This document shows positions 38,785-51,585 of a stretch of DNA of 64,000 bases, piece by piece (positions within the stretch are counted from its first letter, which is position 1; every line of letters starts with the position of its first letter). Made by a program: the position numbers and the translations under genes. The notes beneath the pieces are model-generated. The model had not been told where the DNA came from. It saw only the letters and a program-made list of their open reading frames with translations, and did not search any database. The stretch is from the NCBI RefSeq assembly GCF_036321535.1, contig NC_087436.1, forward strand, positions 50,160,001-50,224,000, given 5' to 3'. This stretch comes from Camelus dromedarius. Taxonomy: Eukaryota.

Positions 38785-39955
38785 TTTTATTGAAGTATAG
38801 TTGATTTACAATGTTGTGTTAGTTTCTGGTGTACAGCAAAGTGATTCAGTTATATATATATATTTCTTTCTCTTTCATATTTTGGGTTATTACAGGATAT
38901 TGAATATAGTTCCCTGTGCTATACAGTAGGACCTTGTTACTTATTTCGTATATATAGTACTTTTATCTACTAATCCCAAATTCCTAATTTATCCCCCCAC
39001 CATCCCCTTTCCCCTTTGGTTTGTTTTCTATGTCTGTGAGTCTGTTTCTGTTTTGTAAATAAGTTCATTTGTATCATATTTTAGATTCTACATATAAGTG
39101 ATAATGTATGATATTTGCCTTTCTTTGTCTGACTTACTTAGAATGACAATCTCCAGGTCCATCCATGTTGCTGAAAATGGCCTTATTTCATTTTTTATGG
39201 CTGAGTAGTATTCCATTGTGTGTATGTGTATCTATCTATCTATCTCACATATTTATCCAATCATCTGCTGATGGTCATTTAGGTTGTGTCTACATCTTGG
39301 TATTGTAAATAGTGATGCTATGAATATTGGGGTGCACGTATCCTTTTGAGTTAGAGTTTTCTCTGGATATATGCCCAGGAGTGAGATTGCTGGATCATAT
39401 GGCAACACTATTTTTATTTTATTAACAAACCCCCATACTATTTTCTATAGTGACTGCATCAATTAACATTCCCACCAACAGTGTAGGAGGGGTCCCTTTT
39501 CTCCACACCTTCTCCAGCATCTGCTATTTGTAGACTTTTTAATGATGGCCATTCTAACTGGTGTGAGGTGACACCCCATTGTAGTTCTGATTTGCGTTTC
39601 TTTAATAATTAGTGAAGTTGAGCATCTTTTCGTGTGCCCATCAGCCATCTGTATGTCTTCACTGGAGAGATGTGTATTTAGGTATTCTGCCCATTTTTTG
39701 ATTGGGTTGTTTGTTTCTTTGTTATTGAATTGTATGAGCTGTTTATATATTTTAGAAATTAATCCCTTGTTGGTCACATCATTTGCAAATATTTTCTCCC
39801 AATCTGCAGGTTGTCTTTTCATTTTGTTTATAGTTTCCTTTGCTGTTGAAAAGCTTGTAAGTTTGATTAGGTCCCATTTGTTTATTTTTACTTTCATTTC
39901 TATTGCCTTGGGAGAGTGACCTAAAAATAGTTGCTACAATTTATGTCAGACACTG
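38785..39955 (-). mobile_element. Artiodactyl/camelid L1, 5'-truncated, about 1.2 kb
   Basis: ORF 39463-39897 ([10 protein letters not shown]...[13 protein letters not shown]...CW) is the ORF2 C-terminus; TSD aagaagaacataatt (38770-38784) / aagaagaaaataatt (39956-39970). Confidence 0.92.
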
Positions 39956-40574
39956 AAGAAGAAAATAATTATTGAACTTAGCATTATAACAGTTTGCACT
40001 GCTAAGGAATTAAATATGTATTGATTTTGTTAGTGTAAAAGCTCAGATTCATATTTCACAAATGTGAAAGAGCTTAAAGTTTATCCCTTTAAGAACAAGT
40101 TATAATTTGACGGCACTATAATGTTAAAAATTTACTGGAGTGATATTCTTGCCTATGACTTTACAAATTGTGATTTACACTTTCAATGTTGGAACATGTC
40201 ACAGAAAACAGTCAACCCAATCACCTTTCCAATTTATATGCCCTTCTTCTTTCTCTTATCCATTACAAAATGTTTGTTTTCCCAGAATCAACACATTCCA
40301 AAAACTCTCAAGGGGAAATAAGTCACATAGAAGGGAATTAGCCATAGCATAAAGCAGTGGAGATTGCATCCCTAGATATTGTAATTTTCCTGAAGCCCAT
40401 CAACTAGGTCTGTGACTACATGCATGCTTGTGTGTGTGTTCGTGTGTGTGGTCTGTGTATGCATTTGTGTGAGTGCAAAGGAGAGAGAGAGTGAGAAAAA
40501 TCTGTTTACCTGAAGGGAAAATAAAATATAAATTAGGCACTTCATTTAATGCATTATTACATTTCTTATTGATT

Positions 40575-40663
40575 TTCTTCTTCCATTAGGATCCAAACTC
40601 CATGAAGGGAGGACTCAATCTGTTGTGTCACTGCTGTAGGCTCAATGAATAGAACAGAACCTG
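40575..40663 (+). mobile_element. L2 3' fragment
   Basis: ccattaggatccaaactccatgaagggaggactcaatctgttgtgtcactgctgta...tagaacagaacctg. Confidence 0.6.
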
Positions 40664-41394
40664 TCACTCAAAGCCCATAGTTCACATTAGGGATAACTCT
40701 TGGTGTGATATACTTTATGGGCTTTGATAAATGTAATGACATGTGTCTGTAGAGAAGAGTTTCATTGTCCTAAAACTCCTCTGTGCTCTACCTATTTACC
40801 CCTCCCTCCTCTCTAGCCCCTGGCAACAACTAGTCATTTTTTTGCTGTCTCCATAGTTTTGCCTTTTCTAGAATGTGTTGTAGCTGGAATCATACAGTAT
40901 GCAGCCTTTTCAGATCGGCTTCTTTCACTCAGTAATATGCATTTAAGTTTCTTCCATGTCCTGTCATGGCTTGATAGCTCAATGAATAATATTCCATTGT
41001 CTGAATGGACCACCGTTCATCCATTCACCTACTGAAGTTGCTTTCAAGTTTTGACAATTATGAATAGAGCTATTATAAATATCTGTGTGCAGGTTTCTGC
41101 ATGGACATAAGCTTTCCACTCATTTGGGTACATATCAAGGAATGAGATTGATGGATCTTATCATATCTTATTTTTCATAAGAAACTGTCAAACAATCTTC
41201 CAAGATGGTTGTACCATTTTGCATCCCCACCAGCACAATGTATTTTCTCTGTTGCTCCACATCCTTGCCAGCAATTGATGTTGCCAATGTTTTGGATTTT
41301 AATCATTCTAATGTATGTGGAATGGAAACAATTTCATTTTTAAAAAATTTGCAATTCTCTAATGATGTTGAGCATCTTTTCATATGCTTATTGG
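40664..41394 (-). mobile_element. L1MC1/2-type 3' segment (L1 part of a U6/L1 chimera)
   Basis: aaagcccatagttcacattaggg, ccctggcaacaactag, gctggaatcatacagtatgcagccttttcagatcggcttctttcactcagtaatatgcatttaag match L1MC 3' UTR; extreme 3' end and poly(A) absent. Confidence 0.85.
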
Positions 41395-41501
41395 AAAAAT
41401 ATGAAACATAGCACAAATTTATGTGTCATCCTTGCACAGAAGACATGCTAATCTTCTCTATATAATTCCAGTTTTGGTATATGTGCTTCCAAAGTGAACA
41501 C
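41395..41501 (-). pseudogene. RNU6: Full-length U6 snRNA processed pseudogene
   Basis: 107 nt, ungapped match to U6 from the 5' end to CATATTTTT, 86/107 identical by hand count against the remembered sequence; all CpGs mutated; ACAGAGA box changed to ATAGAGA. Confidence 0.95.
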
Positions 41502-41964
41502 TGTCATTTCTTTTGATTCCCAAGTTGAAGTATGTCATGGTTCAAACAATCATGTAATAATGAGATGAACTGGAGTGCCATTGACTGAAGGGTCATGACT
41601 ATTTCTATAAAATATAAAAGAGATCAGACCTGTGAATGAAGAAAAAGCAAAGGACATCTAGGAATGCACAAGAGAAAAAAACCAGAAGGGAGTGTACTTT
41701 CAAACAGAACCACAAACGCACCCCAGTTTCAACATGTGCAGATAAAAACAAAGCAGGTTTTCAGAAGGAAGTAAACAATAATGGGGGCAAAGAAGTGACA
41801 CAGAAACACTTTATAAGTTTTCTTCCAATATTTTACTTTCATTTTTTCCTTCTGCCTCAAGCCCTGTTTACACAGAATTTAGAAAAACAGTGTGACTGCA
41901 CACTTATTTTAAAAAGTAATAAAATTGTTTAGGGCAGAGATATTATTTTAAACTCATAGTTGGA

Positions 41965-42520
41965 CACCTGTATTTTAAGATGTGTGAGATACCATAGCAT
42001 GTTCTAGACCCCATTTTGGCACTGGAAATAAAAAATGAAACAAAACGAATTTCCTGTCTCAACGGAAGTTATATTTCAGTGGCTGGAGGCAAACAAAGAA
42101 GAATTAAACAAACAAAAATCAAATATATAAAAGGTAGAGTAATAAAACAGGGTAAGCTGAAAAGGGAACACTGGTGTGGCTCACTGTATTATACAGATTT
42201 ACTGGGGGAGATTTTTCCTCTAACATCATATCGGAGAAGAGCCCTGAAGCACATGCTGAATTTGGCCATTCCCTGGGCCAAGAACATTTCAGATGAACAA
42301 ATAACAAATGCAAAGGTCTCGGAGCAGAACTTCCTTGGCATGTTCAAAGAACAGAAGGAGGCTTGTGTGACTGGAATAATGGTAGAGGAGGCTTACATTT
42401 TGAGTGGAGTGTGAAAGAAGAGAAGTAAAACAGTTGATGTGAGAAATGTAAAAGAGAAAACCATATAGGGCTGTATAAGGCTTTGAAGTAACTTAAAAGC
42501 TTTCCTGAGAGTCAGATATG
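41965..42520 (-). mobile_element. L2 fragment
   Basis: aagaacatttcagatgaacaaataacaaatgcaaaggtctcggagcag...ttggcatgttcaaagaacagaaggaggcttgtgtgactggaa. Confidence 0.7.
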
Positions 42521-42904
42521 AAAATGCAATCAACCAGCTTGTCCTAGTTGACACTTACAGTAGCATGCTCCCTGCAAAAGAGCAAAATGCATTTATAGTC
42601 ACATGCGCATAAACCATTATCTAGATTGATCATATTCTGGACAGTGAATTAAGTATCATTAATTTAAAAGTGTTTAAATGAATGAATATGGAAACACAAC
42701 ATGTCAGAATATGTGGAATATTACTAAAACAATATTAAGGGAATATTTAAAGCATAGAAAATTTATAATAGAAGTGATAAAGAGACTCAAATCATGTACC
42801 TTATCTTTCACCTTAAGAAACTGGAAACAGAAGAGCAAATATAATCTAATGCAAGCAGAAGAAATTATAAAAATCAAAGTGAAAATTGGTGAAATAGAAA
42901 CCTC

Positions 42905-44075
42905 CAGTCTACTCAGGCAATAGAAATAAAAGCAAAAATAAACAAATGGGACCTAATCAAACTGATAAGCTTTTTCACAGCAAACAAACAAATGACAAAA
43001 TAAGCAAAACAAAATGACAACCTATGGAATGGGAGAAAATATTTGCAAATGATGAGACTGACAAGGGCTTAATTTCCAGAATATATTGACAGCTCATACA
43101 ACTTAGTAAGAATAAAGCAAACAACCCAATCCAAAAATGGGCAGAAGACCTAAACAAGCAGTTCTCTCATGAAGACATACAAATGGCCAACAGGCACATG
43201 AAAAAATGCTCAGTATTGCTAATTACCAGAGAAATACAAATCAAAACTATAATGAGGTATCACCCCACATCAGTCAAAATGGCCATTATTCAAAAGTCCA
43301 CAAACAATAAATGCTGGAGAGGGTGTGGTGAAAAGGGAACCCTCCTACACTGTTGGTGGGAATGTAGTTTGGTGCAGCCATTATGGAAAACAGGAATGGA
43401 GATTCCTCAGGAAACTAAAAATAGACTTACTATATGATCCAGCAACCCCACTCCTGGGCATACATCTGGAGGGAACTCTAAATCGAAAAGATACATGCAC
43501 CCCAGTGTTCATAGCAGCACTATTTACAATAGCCAAGACATAAAGCAACCAAATGTCCATTGACAGAGGACTGGATGAAGTTGTGGGACATTTATACAAT
43601 GAAATACTAGCCAGTCATAAGAAAGAATAAAATAATGCCATTTGCAACAACATGGATGGATCTGGAGATCATCATTCTAAGTGAAGTAAGCTAGAAACAG
43701 AAAGAAAAATACCATATGATATCATTCATATGTTGAATCTAAAAAAAGAAGACATTAATGAACTACTAATGAACTTATCTATAAAGCACAGACTCACAGA
43801 CATAGAAAACAAATTTATGATTACTGGGGGGGGAAAGGAGGTGGGAAGGGATAAATTGGGAGTTTGAATTCACAAGTATTAACTACTATATATAAAATAG
43901 ATTAAAAAAAACCAAATTTCTTCTGTATAGCACAGGGAACTATATTCAATATCTTATAGTAACCTATAATGAAAAAGATATGAAAATGAATACATATGTA
44001 TGTATATGTATGATTGAAATATTATGCTGTTCACCAGAAATCAATACATTATAACTGACTATACTTCAATTAAAA
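42905..44075 (+). mobile_element. Camelid-type L1, 5'-truncated, about 1.17 kb
   Basis: ORF2 C-terminal remnants in ORFs 43183-43437 and 43325-43543; full 3' UTR ending ataactgactatacttcaattaaaa; only a degenerate flanking duplication. Confidence 0.92.
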
Positions 44076-44523
44076 TTAATGAAATCACAGAAAAAAAACC
44101 CTCCAAAATGAGAGAAAAATTATAAATAAAAGAGAAAGAGTAAGAAAAAAAGAAGATAATTACCAACATCAGGCTGAGAGAACTGATATCATGACAAAGG
44201 AAAGTGAGGAAGTGTTAAGAACAACTTTTGCCTATAAATTTGACAACTTACATGAAATGGACAAATTGCTTATACGACACAAACTACCAAAATCCTTGCA
44301 AGAAGAAATCAATACTCTGAATAGCTCTTTATCTACTAAGGAAATCGAAATTGTAGATAAATCCTTCCCCGGCCCAGAATCTCACTGGTGAAATGCTACC
44401 AAATATTTTCAGAAGAAATCAGACCAATTTTATACAAAGTTTTCCAGAAAATGTAAGAGAAGTGAATACTTCCCAACTCCTTGTATGGGCATTATCTTGA
44501 ACCAAAACCTAGAAGAAGTAAAC

Positions 44524-45010
44524 TGTGCTTATTATTTTGACATGTACAAAAATACTGAATCACTAGATTGTATAACAGGAAATAACACAGTGTTGTAGGT
44601 CAATTATAATTCAAAAACAAACAAACAAACTCAGAGAAAAAGAGATCAGACTTGTGTTTACCAGAGGTGGGGGGGGACTGGGGAGGAGGAATTACATGAA
44701 GGCAGTCAAAAGGCACAAACTTCCAGCTATAAGATAAATAAGTACTAAGGATGTAATGTACAACATGGTAGATATAATTAATGCTGCTGTATGTTATATA
44801 TGAAAGTTGTTAAGAGCCAATTCTAAGTTCTCATCACAAGGAAAATCTTTTTATTTCTTTAATTTCATGTGTGTATGAGATGATGGGCAGTCACTAAACT
44901 CACTGTGATAATCATTTCACTATGTAGGCAAGGCAAGTCATCATGCTGTACACCTTAAACTAATACAGTGCTCTACGTCAATTACATCTCAACAAAACCA
45001 GAAGAAAAAG
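44524..45010 (+). mobile_element. L1 3' UTR insertion (L1MA9-like, laurasiatherian/artiodactyl type)
   Basis: caaacttccagctataagataaataagtactaaggatgtaatgtacaacatgg...gctgtacaccttaaactaatacagtgc...caattacatctcaacaaaac; flanking gtaaactg at 44518-44525 and 45011-45019. Confidence 0.8.
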
Positions 45011-46788
45011 GTAAACTGCAGATCAATGTCCCCCATGAACACAGACACAAATATTCTAAACAAAATATTGTAACATCAAATCCGTACTGTAAAGATGGTA
45101 ATTTTCTCAAATTGGTAAATTCAATCCCCTCCCATTGAAATTTCTGGCATGTCATGAGTGTGTGTACATACCTCTGTGCGTGTCTGTAGACAACCTGATC
45201 TAAAATATATATAAAACACAAATAATCAAGAAAAAATAAGGCACAATGCTAGACAATTAGACCAATGGAACAGAATAGAGAGTAAAGAAACAGATACACC
45301 CATATACCTTCATCTGATTTAGGACAATGGGAAACTATGTTCTATTCAATAAATGGTGCCGAATAAATTAGATGTTCATATAGAAAGTATTAATTTCTAA
45401 TGAATTGTACACGTAATTTCTAATGGTAAAATCATTAATGCTTTTATAGAAAAAAGTGTGATCGTGACATTTAAGTAGGTAAAAATTGCTTAAATATTAT
45501 ATTAAAAGTTCTATTAATAAAGGTAAAAATGAAGAAATCAATATATTAATATTAATAACTTCTGATAATAAAAAAGATGCTAATTAGTATGATGAAAAGA
45601 TCCCAAAGGGTGGGATGTATACATCTGACAAAAGAATTTTATTCAGAATGTATAAAAAGTTCTACACATAGAGATGTAATTGTCCCTCATTGATAAAATT
45701 CTTCACTGGACACTTCACACAAAATGATATTCAAATGTAAACAAGCATACAAGAAAGTGCTCAACTTTATTATTCATCAGAGAAATACAAGTTAAAACAC
45801 AAACCACTACATACCCACCAGAACAGGTACCATAAAAAAGACAGACAATGCTAAATGTTAGTGAAATGTGAATCCACTGAAACTTACAAAATACAGCAGC
45901 AATATACACTTATTTAGCCACTTCGGAAAATAATTTGTTAGTATGTATTAAGAGTGTACATAGACAAAATGATCTGCAAGCCCATGTCTGTTTATACACA
46001 AGGACATTCATAGACTTATTTCCCAAAAGATATGAACAAAGTTTCTCATAGCATGTATTATTCTTAATAATCCTAACCTAGGCTATTTTTAAATATTAAA
46101 CACGGGATAATAACCATATAAAAACTAAATAAAATTAAATAATACAATAATATAGATATAACTTTGGAATATTCAATATCGCAGAGATACTATTTCTCCC
46201 TAAATTAATTTAAAAATCTTAATCTAATTTCAGTTGTATATTGATGAAATTCTAAAAGCTACTCCTAAAATGTATTGGGAAGAATTAGTGCATGAGTACA
46301 GCCAAACAAATTTTGGCAAAGAGGAATATGAGAGGACCTTGATTAAATATATATTAAAATAATATAAAATGATAGTAATTTAAAGAGAATGGTGCTGATA
46401 CAGAAATTAAAAATAAAGTAATTTAAGAGAATAGAAATTTCAGAAGAAGGTTTTTCATACATATGCATATACTATGTAATAAATAATACAAGTCATATAA
46501 TTGAAAGAAAATGGACAATTGTTATCTCAACATGAGACAATGTTGAGATAACTGGCTATTCATTTTAGGAAAATATTATAAACATATTTCATAATAGAGG
46601 CAGAGGTAAATCCCAGAAGAGTTAAAGTTTTAAGGTTAAAGCTATATGCTTCTAATTTCTGCTAATGTTGTCTCAATTAGTAAGATCCATTTTAGTGCTG
46701 AAAATATTTAAATATGCTGGATAAATTTTTTAAAGTCTTAGCATAAAATGGCTGAAATACATCCTGAGCTCAAAATATACTAAGGTCA

Positions 46789-46960
46789 ACTACTATGTAT
46801 AAAATAGATAAGCAACAAGGATATATTGTACAGCACAGAGAACTATAGCCATTATTTTGTAGTAACTTTAAATGGAGTATAATCTATGAAAATATTGAAT
46901 CACTATGTTGTACATCTGAAACTAATATTTTATTGTAAATCAACTATAAATTTTATTTTT
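46789..46960 (+). mobile_element. Short artiodactyl L1 3' terminus followed by (CA)n
   Basis: ataaaatagataagcaacaaggatatattgtacagcacagagaactatagcc...tgttgtacatctgaaactaa...tgtaaatcaactata; aaggtcaa repeated on both flanks. Confidence 0.85.
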
Positions 46961-48115
46961 ATATATATGCACACACACACACACACACACAAGGTCAAAA
47001 CTAAATAGGAAATTGGAACACAACTGCGTTTTTTTTTTCCTAAAGGGGATTTAGCTTCTTTTTTTTTCCCCCTAAGGGGCATTACCAAATCTCAGTAAAT
47101 TAAGACTCTGGTTCTGATTACCTCCCAGGGTAAAAGAATATAAATCAAAACTCTGAGCCCAGGCTGGGGATTCAACTCATTATAAAATGAAGTAGTAATC
47201 CAAAGTAATATACCGTCAGTGGAAGCAACAGCCAGAATTAAACCAGCCACCATGCAAATTTACAGCGTGTGTTCACATATTCTGAAAGGTCAAAGAAGCA
47301 TAAGCTATCAAATTGTTTTAAAGCAGCTCCAGACTGCTAAGGCCTTTAAGGAGCACAGCGGACACGGTCAGGCAAACACTATACAAATGGATTCTGAAAT
47401 GGTCAACATAAGGTCGAACGTACCGGGTGCAGAGAATAACGAGAACAATAAACAGAAATGACAGTCAGGAGAAACAGACAGGTGAAAACTTCAAATACTG
47501 GTACAAAGGGACATAGATTATTAAAAATGTAAAACTATATTAACTACATCTAAAAATAAAAGAAAAAATTTTGGAAAACTACTAAAAGAAAGGCAAAATT
47601 AGAGAAAGTATCATGAAGATTGGGAAAAGAACCAGTCAGTATTTCTAAAAATAAAAACTCATTAGCAGAAATATGAAATAACCCAAATTTAAGGTAAATA
47701 TATAGGAGGAGTTTTGGTTTCACTGAGGCAGTGCAAGTTCTCCAGAGTGCATCTCTGTCCCTTACTATAACTGAGCTTTAGCAAATACACACACGCACAC
47801 ATACAAAGAAACAAAAAATCAAGCTATTTAAAGAATGGGATATTTAAGGCAGGTAAGCTGTGGAAAAGAGTCAAACGTTGAGAAGCAACCCTCAAAGGAT
47901 GAGTTTTCTGGTTTTTGTTTCTGTTTTTTCCTTCTCGAGGCTTGACTTGTGTCTTGGGCTCCAGCCACAGTGGTGTCTGCAACTAGAACAGTGATAGAAT
48001 TCCCTCCCTGTTTATGACCAAAGGGAAACACTGAAAGGGCCTCAGGCAAGCAGGAGTGTGAGCAGGAAACACTAGAGAGGAGAAGCCAGAAAAACGGGTC
48101 CCCTAATTCTTTTTA

Positions 48116-48584
48116 CAGGCGAGCCTCGGAGGTACCGCAGGTTCAGTTCCAGACCACCGAAAAACGCAGTAAAATGAGTCACACACATTTTTTTGATTTC
48201 CCAGTGCACATAAAAGTTATGTGTAAACTATACTGTAGTCCATTAAGTGTGCAATAGCATTATGTCTTTAAAAAAAGTACATACCTTAATTTAAAAATAC
48301 TTCATTGCTAAAAAATTGCTATCATCTGAACCTTCAGTGAGTTTGTAATAGTAACATTAAGGATAACTGATCACAGATCACCAAAAAATATATATAATAA
48401 TAACGAAAAATTTTGAAATTTTGTGAGAATTACCAAAGTGTGACATAGAGACAGGAAGTGAGCAAATGCTGTTGGGGAAAAAATGGTGCCAATAGACTTG
48501 TTTCAGGTAGGGTTGGCACAAACGTTTAATTTGTGGGAAAAAAAATGCAGTATCTATAAAGTGCAATAAAATGAGGTATGCTTA
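48116..48584 (-). mobile_element. Internally deleted Tigger1 derivative (Tigger1a-type)
   Basis: Both Tigger1 ends joined at about 48343; TIR remnants caggcgagcctc / gaggtatgctta; TA on both sides. Confidence 0.9.
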
Positions 48585-49222
48585 TACATGTATTCATGCA
48601 TGTCACAGCCTAATCCCTAAAACACATACGCATGGAACAAACCAAAGCTAGCCTAAGAAAGTGAGAACTAAACTGAGACTTGAATTAACCACACAGTTTC
48701 AGTCTAATCCCTGACTGTACATCCTTTTGGACAAACCTAAACTGGCACAGCAAACGCTGTGAGTATGGAATTGCTATCTGAACTACTGTCCATAGAGTTT
48801 ATATAGAAGTTACTGACTTCTGAATACTTAGATTTTTTTTTTTTTTACTTTCCAGAAATTATAAAACAGTTTTCCAAAGTTTCTGACTGGATCATATTCC
48901 TCCTACCAGAAGAATCTCTGTTAATATTATTTGTGATTCAGACATACTAGTTCTCTCTGTTTTTATTTTCCTCCAAATATATTTTGCTTTTATTTTTTAG
49001 TACAGAATTATAGTATGAGTGATTTTTCTTTCAATATTTGACATTTCTTTATACTTCTATAATTTCTATCTTTGTTTCTTTCTATACAATGTATCTTTTT
49101 TCCTCTGGCTTCTGTCAAGATTTTCTCTTTATCTTTCTTTAATTTTCAGCTGCTTGAATATAATCTGTCTTTTTTATCCAGCACTCTTATAAGACTTAGC
49201 CTCAGGAAGCATAGAAATTGCA

Positions 49223-51585
49223 CAGGCATACCTCGGAAATATTGTGGGTTCTGTTCCAGACCACCACAATAATGTGCACATCACAATAAAGAGAGTCACA
49301 TGAAATTTTTGGTTTCCCAGTGCATATTAAAACTATGTTTACAACATATTGTAGTATATTAAGTGTGTAATAGCATTACATCTAAAAAGTCAATGTACAT
49401 ACCTTAATTAAAAATACTTCATTACTAAAATATGCTAACCATTATCTGAGCCTTCAACAAGTTGTAATCTTTTTGCTGGTGGAGGGTCTTCCCTCAACGT
49501 TGATGGCTGCTGACTGATCAGGGTGGTGGCTGCTGAAGGCTGGGGCCACTGTGTCAATTTCTTAAAGCAAGACAACAATGAAGTTCGCCACATCAATTGA
49601 CTCTTTCTTTCACTAACAATTTCTCTGTAGCACATAATACACTTTGGTAGCATTTTCCCCACAGTAGAATTTCTTTCAAATTGGAGTCAATTCACTCAAA
49701 TTTTGCCTTTGCTTTATCAACTAAATTTATGTGATATTCTAAATCTTCCGTTGTATCTCAACAATCTTTACAGCATCTTCACCAAGAGCAAGAAACCACT
49801 TCATCTTTGCTCATCCATAAGAAGTAACTCTTTATCCACTAAAGTTTTATAGTAAGATTCAGTTACATCTTCAGGCTCCAGAAAATTTCTAATTTTCTAT
49901 CCCTTGCAATTTCCACCAAATCTGCAATTTCTTCCTCCACTAAAGTTTTGAGTCACACAAACACACACACACACACAAAGTCACCCATGAAGGTGGAATC
50001 AGTTTCTTCCAAACTCTTGTGAACATTGATGTTTTGACTTCTTTCCATGAATTGTAAATGTCCTCAATGGTATCTAGGATGGTGAATCCTTTCCAGAAAG
50101 TTTTCAATTTACTTTGCCCAGATCCATCTGAAGAATCACTATTTATGGCAGCTATGTATATGCCTTATGAAAAGTATTTCTTAAATAATAAGACTTGAAA
50201 TTCAGAATTACTCCTTGATCCATGGGCTGCAGAATGGATGCTGTTTGCAGCATGAAAACAACATGATTCTTGTTGTACGTTTCCATCAGAGCTCTTGGGT
50301 GACCAGGTACATTGTCTATAAGCAGTAATATTTTCAAAGGAGTCTTTTTTACTGAGCACTAGGACTCAACAGTGGGCTAAAAATAGTCAGTAAACCATAT
50401 AAATAGATGTGCTATCACCCATGCTTTGTTGTTCCATTGATAGAGCACAGGCAGAGTAGATTTAGCATCATCTTAAGGGCTCTAGGATTTGGGGAATGGT
50501 ACATGAGCACTGACTTCAACTTAAGAGTCTCCAGCTGCACTAGCCCCTAATTAGAGTCAGCCTTTCCTTCGAAGCTTGAAGCCAGGTATTAACTTCTTTC
50601 TTTATGAAAGTTCTAGATGGCATCTTCTTTCAGTAGAAAGCTGTTTCATCTACACAGAAAATCTGGTGTTTTATGTAGCTACCTTCATGAATGATCTCAG
50701 CTAGATCTTCTGGATAACTTGCTGAAGCTTCTACATCAGCACTTGCTGCTTCACCTTGCATTTTCATGTTACGGAGATGCCTTCTTTCCTTAAACTTTGT
50801 GAAGCAAACTCCGCTAGCTTCTAACTTTTCTTCTGCCTTCATAGAACTGAGGAGAGTTAGGGCCATGCTCTGGATTAGGCTTTGTCTTAAGAGAATGTTA
50901 TGGCTGGTTTGATCTTCTATCCAGACCAGTAAAATTTTCTCCATATTAGCCAAAAGGCTGTTTCACCTTATCATCTGTATGTTCACTGGAGAAGCAGATT
51001 TAATGTCCTTCTAGAACTTTTCCTTTGTATTCACAACTTGGCTAACTGTTTACACAAGAGGCCTAGCTTTCGGCCTATCTCGGCTTTCCACATGCCTTCC
51101 TCACTAAGCTTAAGCATTTCTAGCTTTTTATTTAAAATGAGAGACAGTGTGACTCTCTTTTCACTTCAACACTTAGAGGCCATTGTAGAGTTATTAATAG
51201 GCTTAATTTCAATACTGTGTGTCCCTTTGGTCAGGAGGCCTGAGGAGTGGGAGAGAGATGGGGGTTCGGCCGGTCGGTGGATCATTCAGAGCACACACAT
51301 TTATCGATTAAATTTACCATCTTATATGAGCTTGGTTAGTGGCCCGCCAAAATAATTGCAATAGTAACACAAAGATAACTGATCAAAGATCACCATAAAA
51401 ATATAACAATAATGAAAAAGTTTGAAATATTGCAAGAATTACCAGAATGTGACACAGAGGCAGGAAGTGAGCAAATGCTGTTGGAAAAATGGTGCCAATC
51501 GACTTGCTCCAGGTCGTGTTGCCACAAACCTTCAGGCTGTAAAAGCCTCGATATCTGCAAAGCACAATAAAATGAGCTAAGCCTG
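49223..51585 (-). mobile_element. Near full-length Tigger1 DNA transposon
   Basis: TIRs caggcatacctc / gagctaagcctg, 2363 bp, pogo-type transposase remnants on the minus strand. Confidence 0.95.
49435..51150 (-). pseudogene. Disrupted Tigger1 (pogo/CENP-B family, TIGD1-like) transposase
   Basis: Fragments in different frames: [17 protein letters not shown]...GEAASAD...[10 protein letters not shown] (50630-50953), [13 protein letters not shown]...[15 protein letters not shown] (50152-50337), [18 protein letters not shown] (49435-49662). Confidence 0.9.

Larger units (their letters stand above)
42525..46640 (+). mobile_element. Fragmented ancient L1 ORF2/3' region hosting younger L1 insertions
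   Basis: ORF 44191-44391 (FAYKFDNLHEMDKLL..HKLPK..QEEI..LN) is an ORF2 remnant; also gaccaatggaacagaatagagag and ttcaataaatggtgc. Confidence 0.75.

Noticed and set aside
39463..39897. Longest ORF in the track (144 aa)
   Set aside because: C-terminal L1 ORF2 remnant inside a 5'-truncated, TSD-flanked L1, with a frameshift near its end; not a host gene.
41395..41501. Functional U6 snRNA gene
   Set aside because: About 20% diverged from an extremely conserved RNA, ACAGAGA box mutated, and fused to L1.
41395..41501. APOBEC3 editing signature in the U6 copy
   Set aside because: The excess is C-to-T on the U6 sense strand, the opposite of first-strand cDNA editing, and about half the changes are CpG decay.
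49435..50953. Possible domesticated TIGD1-like gene
   Set aside because: The transposase is broken into several frames by stops and indels and lies in a decayed TIR-bounded element.
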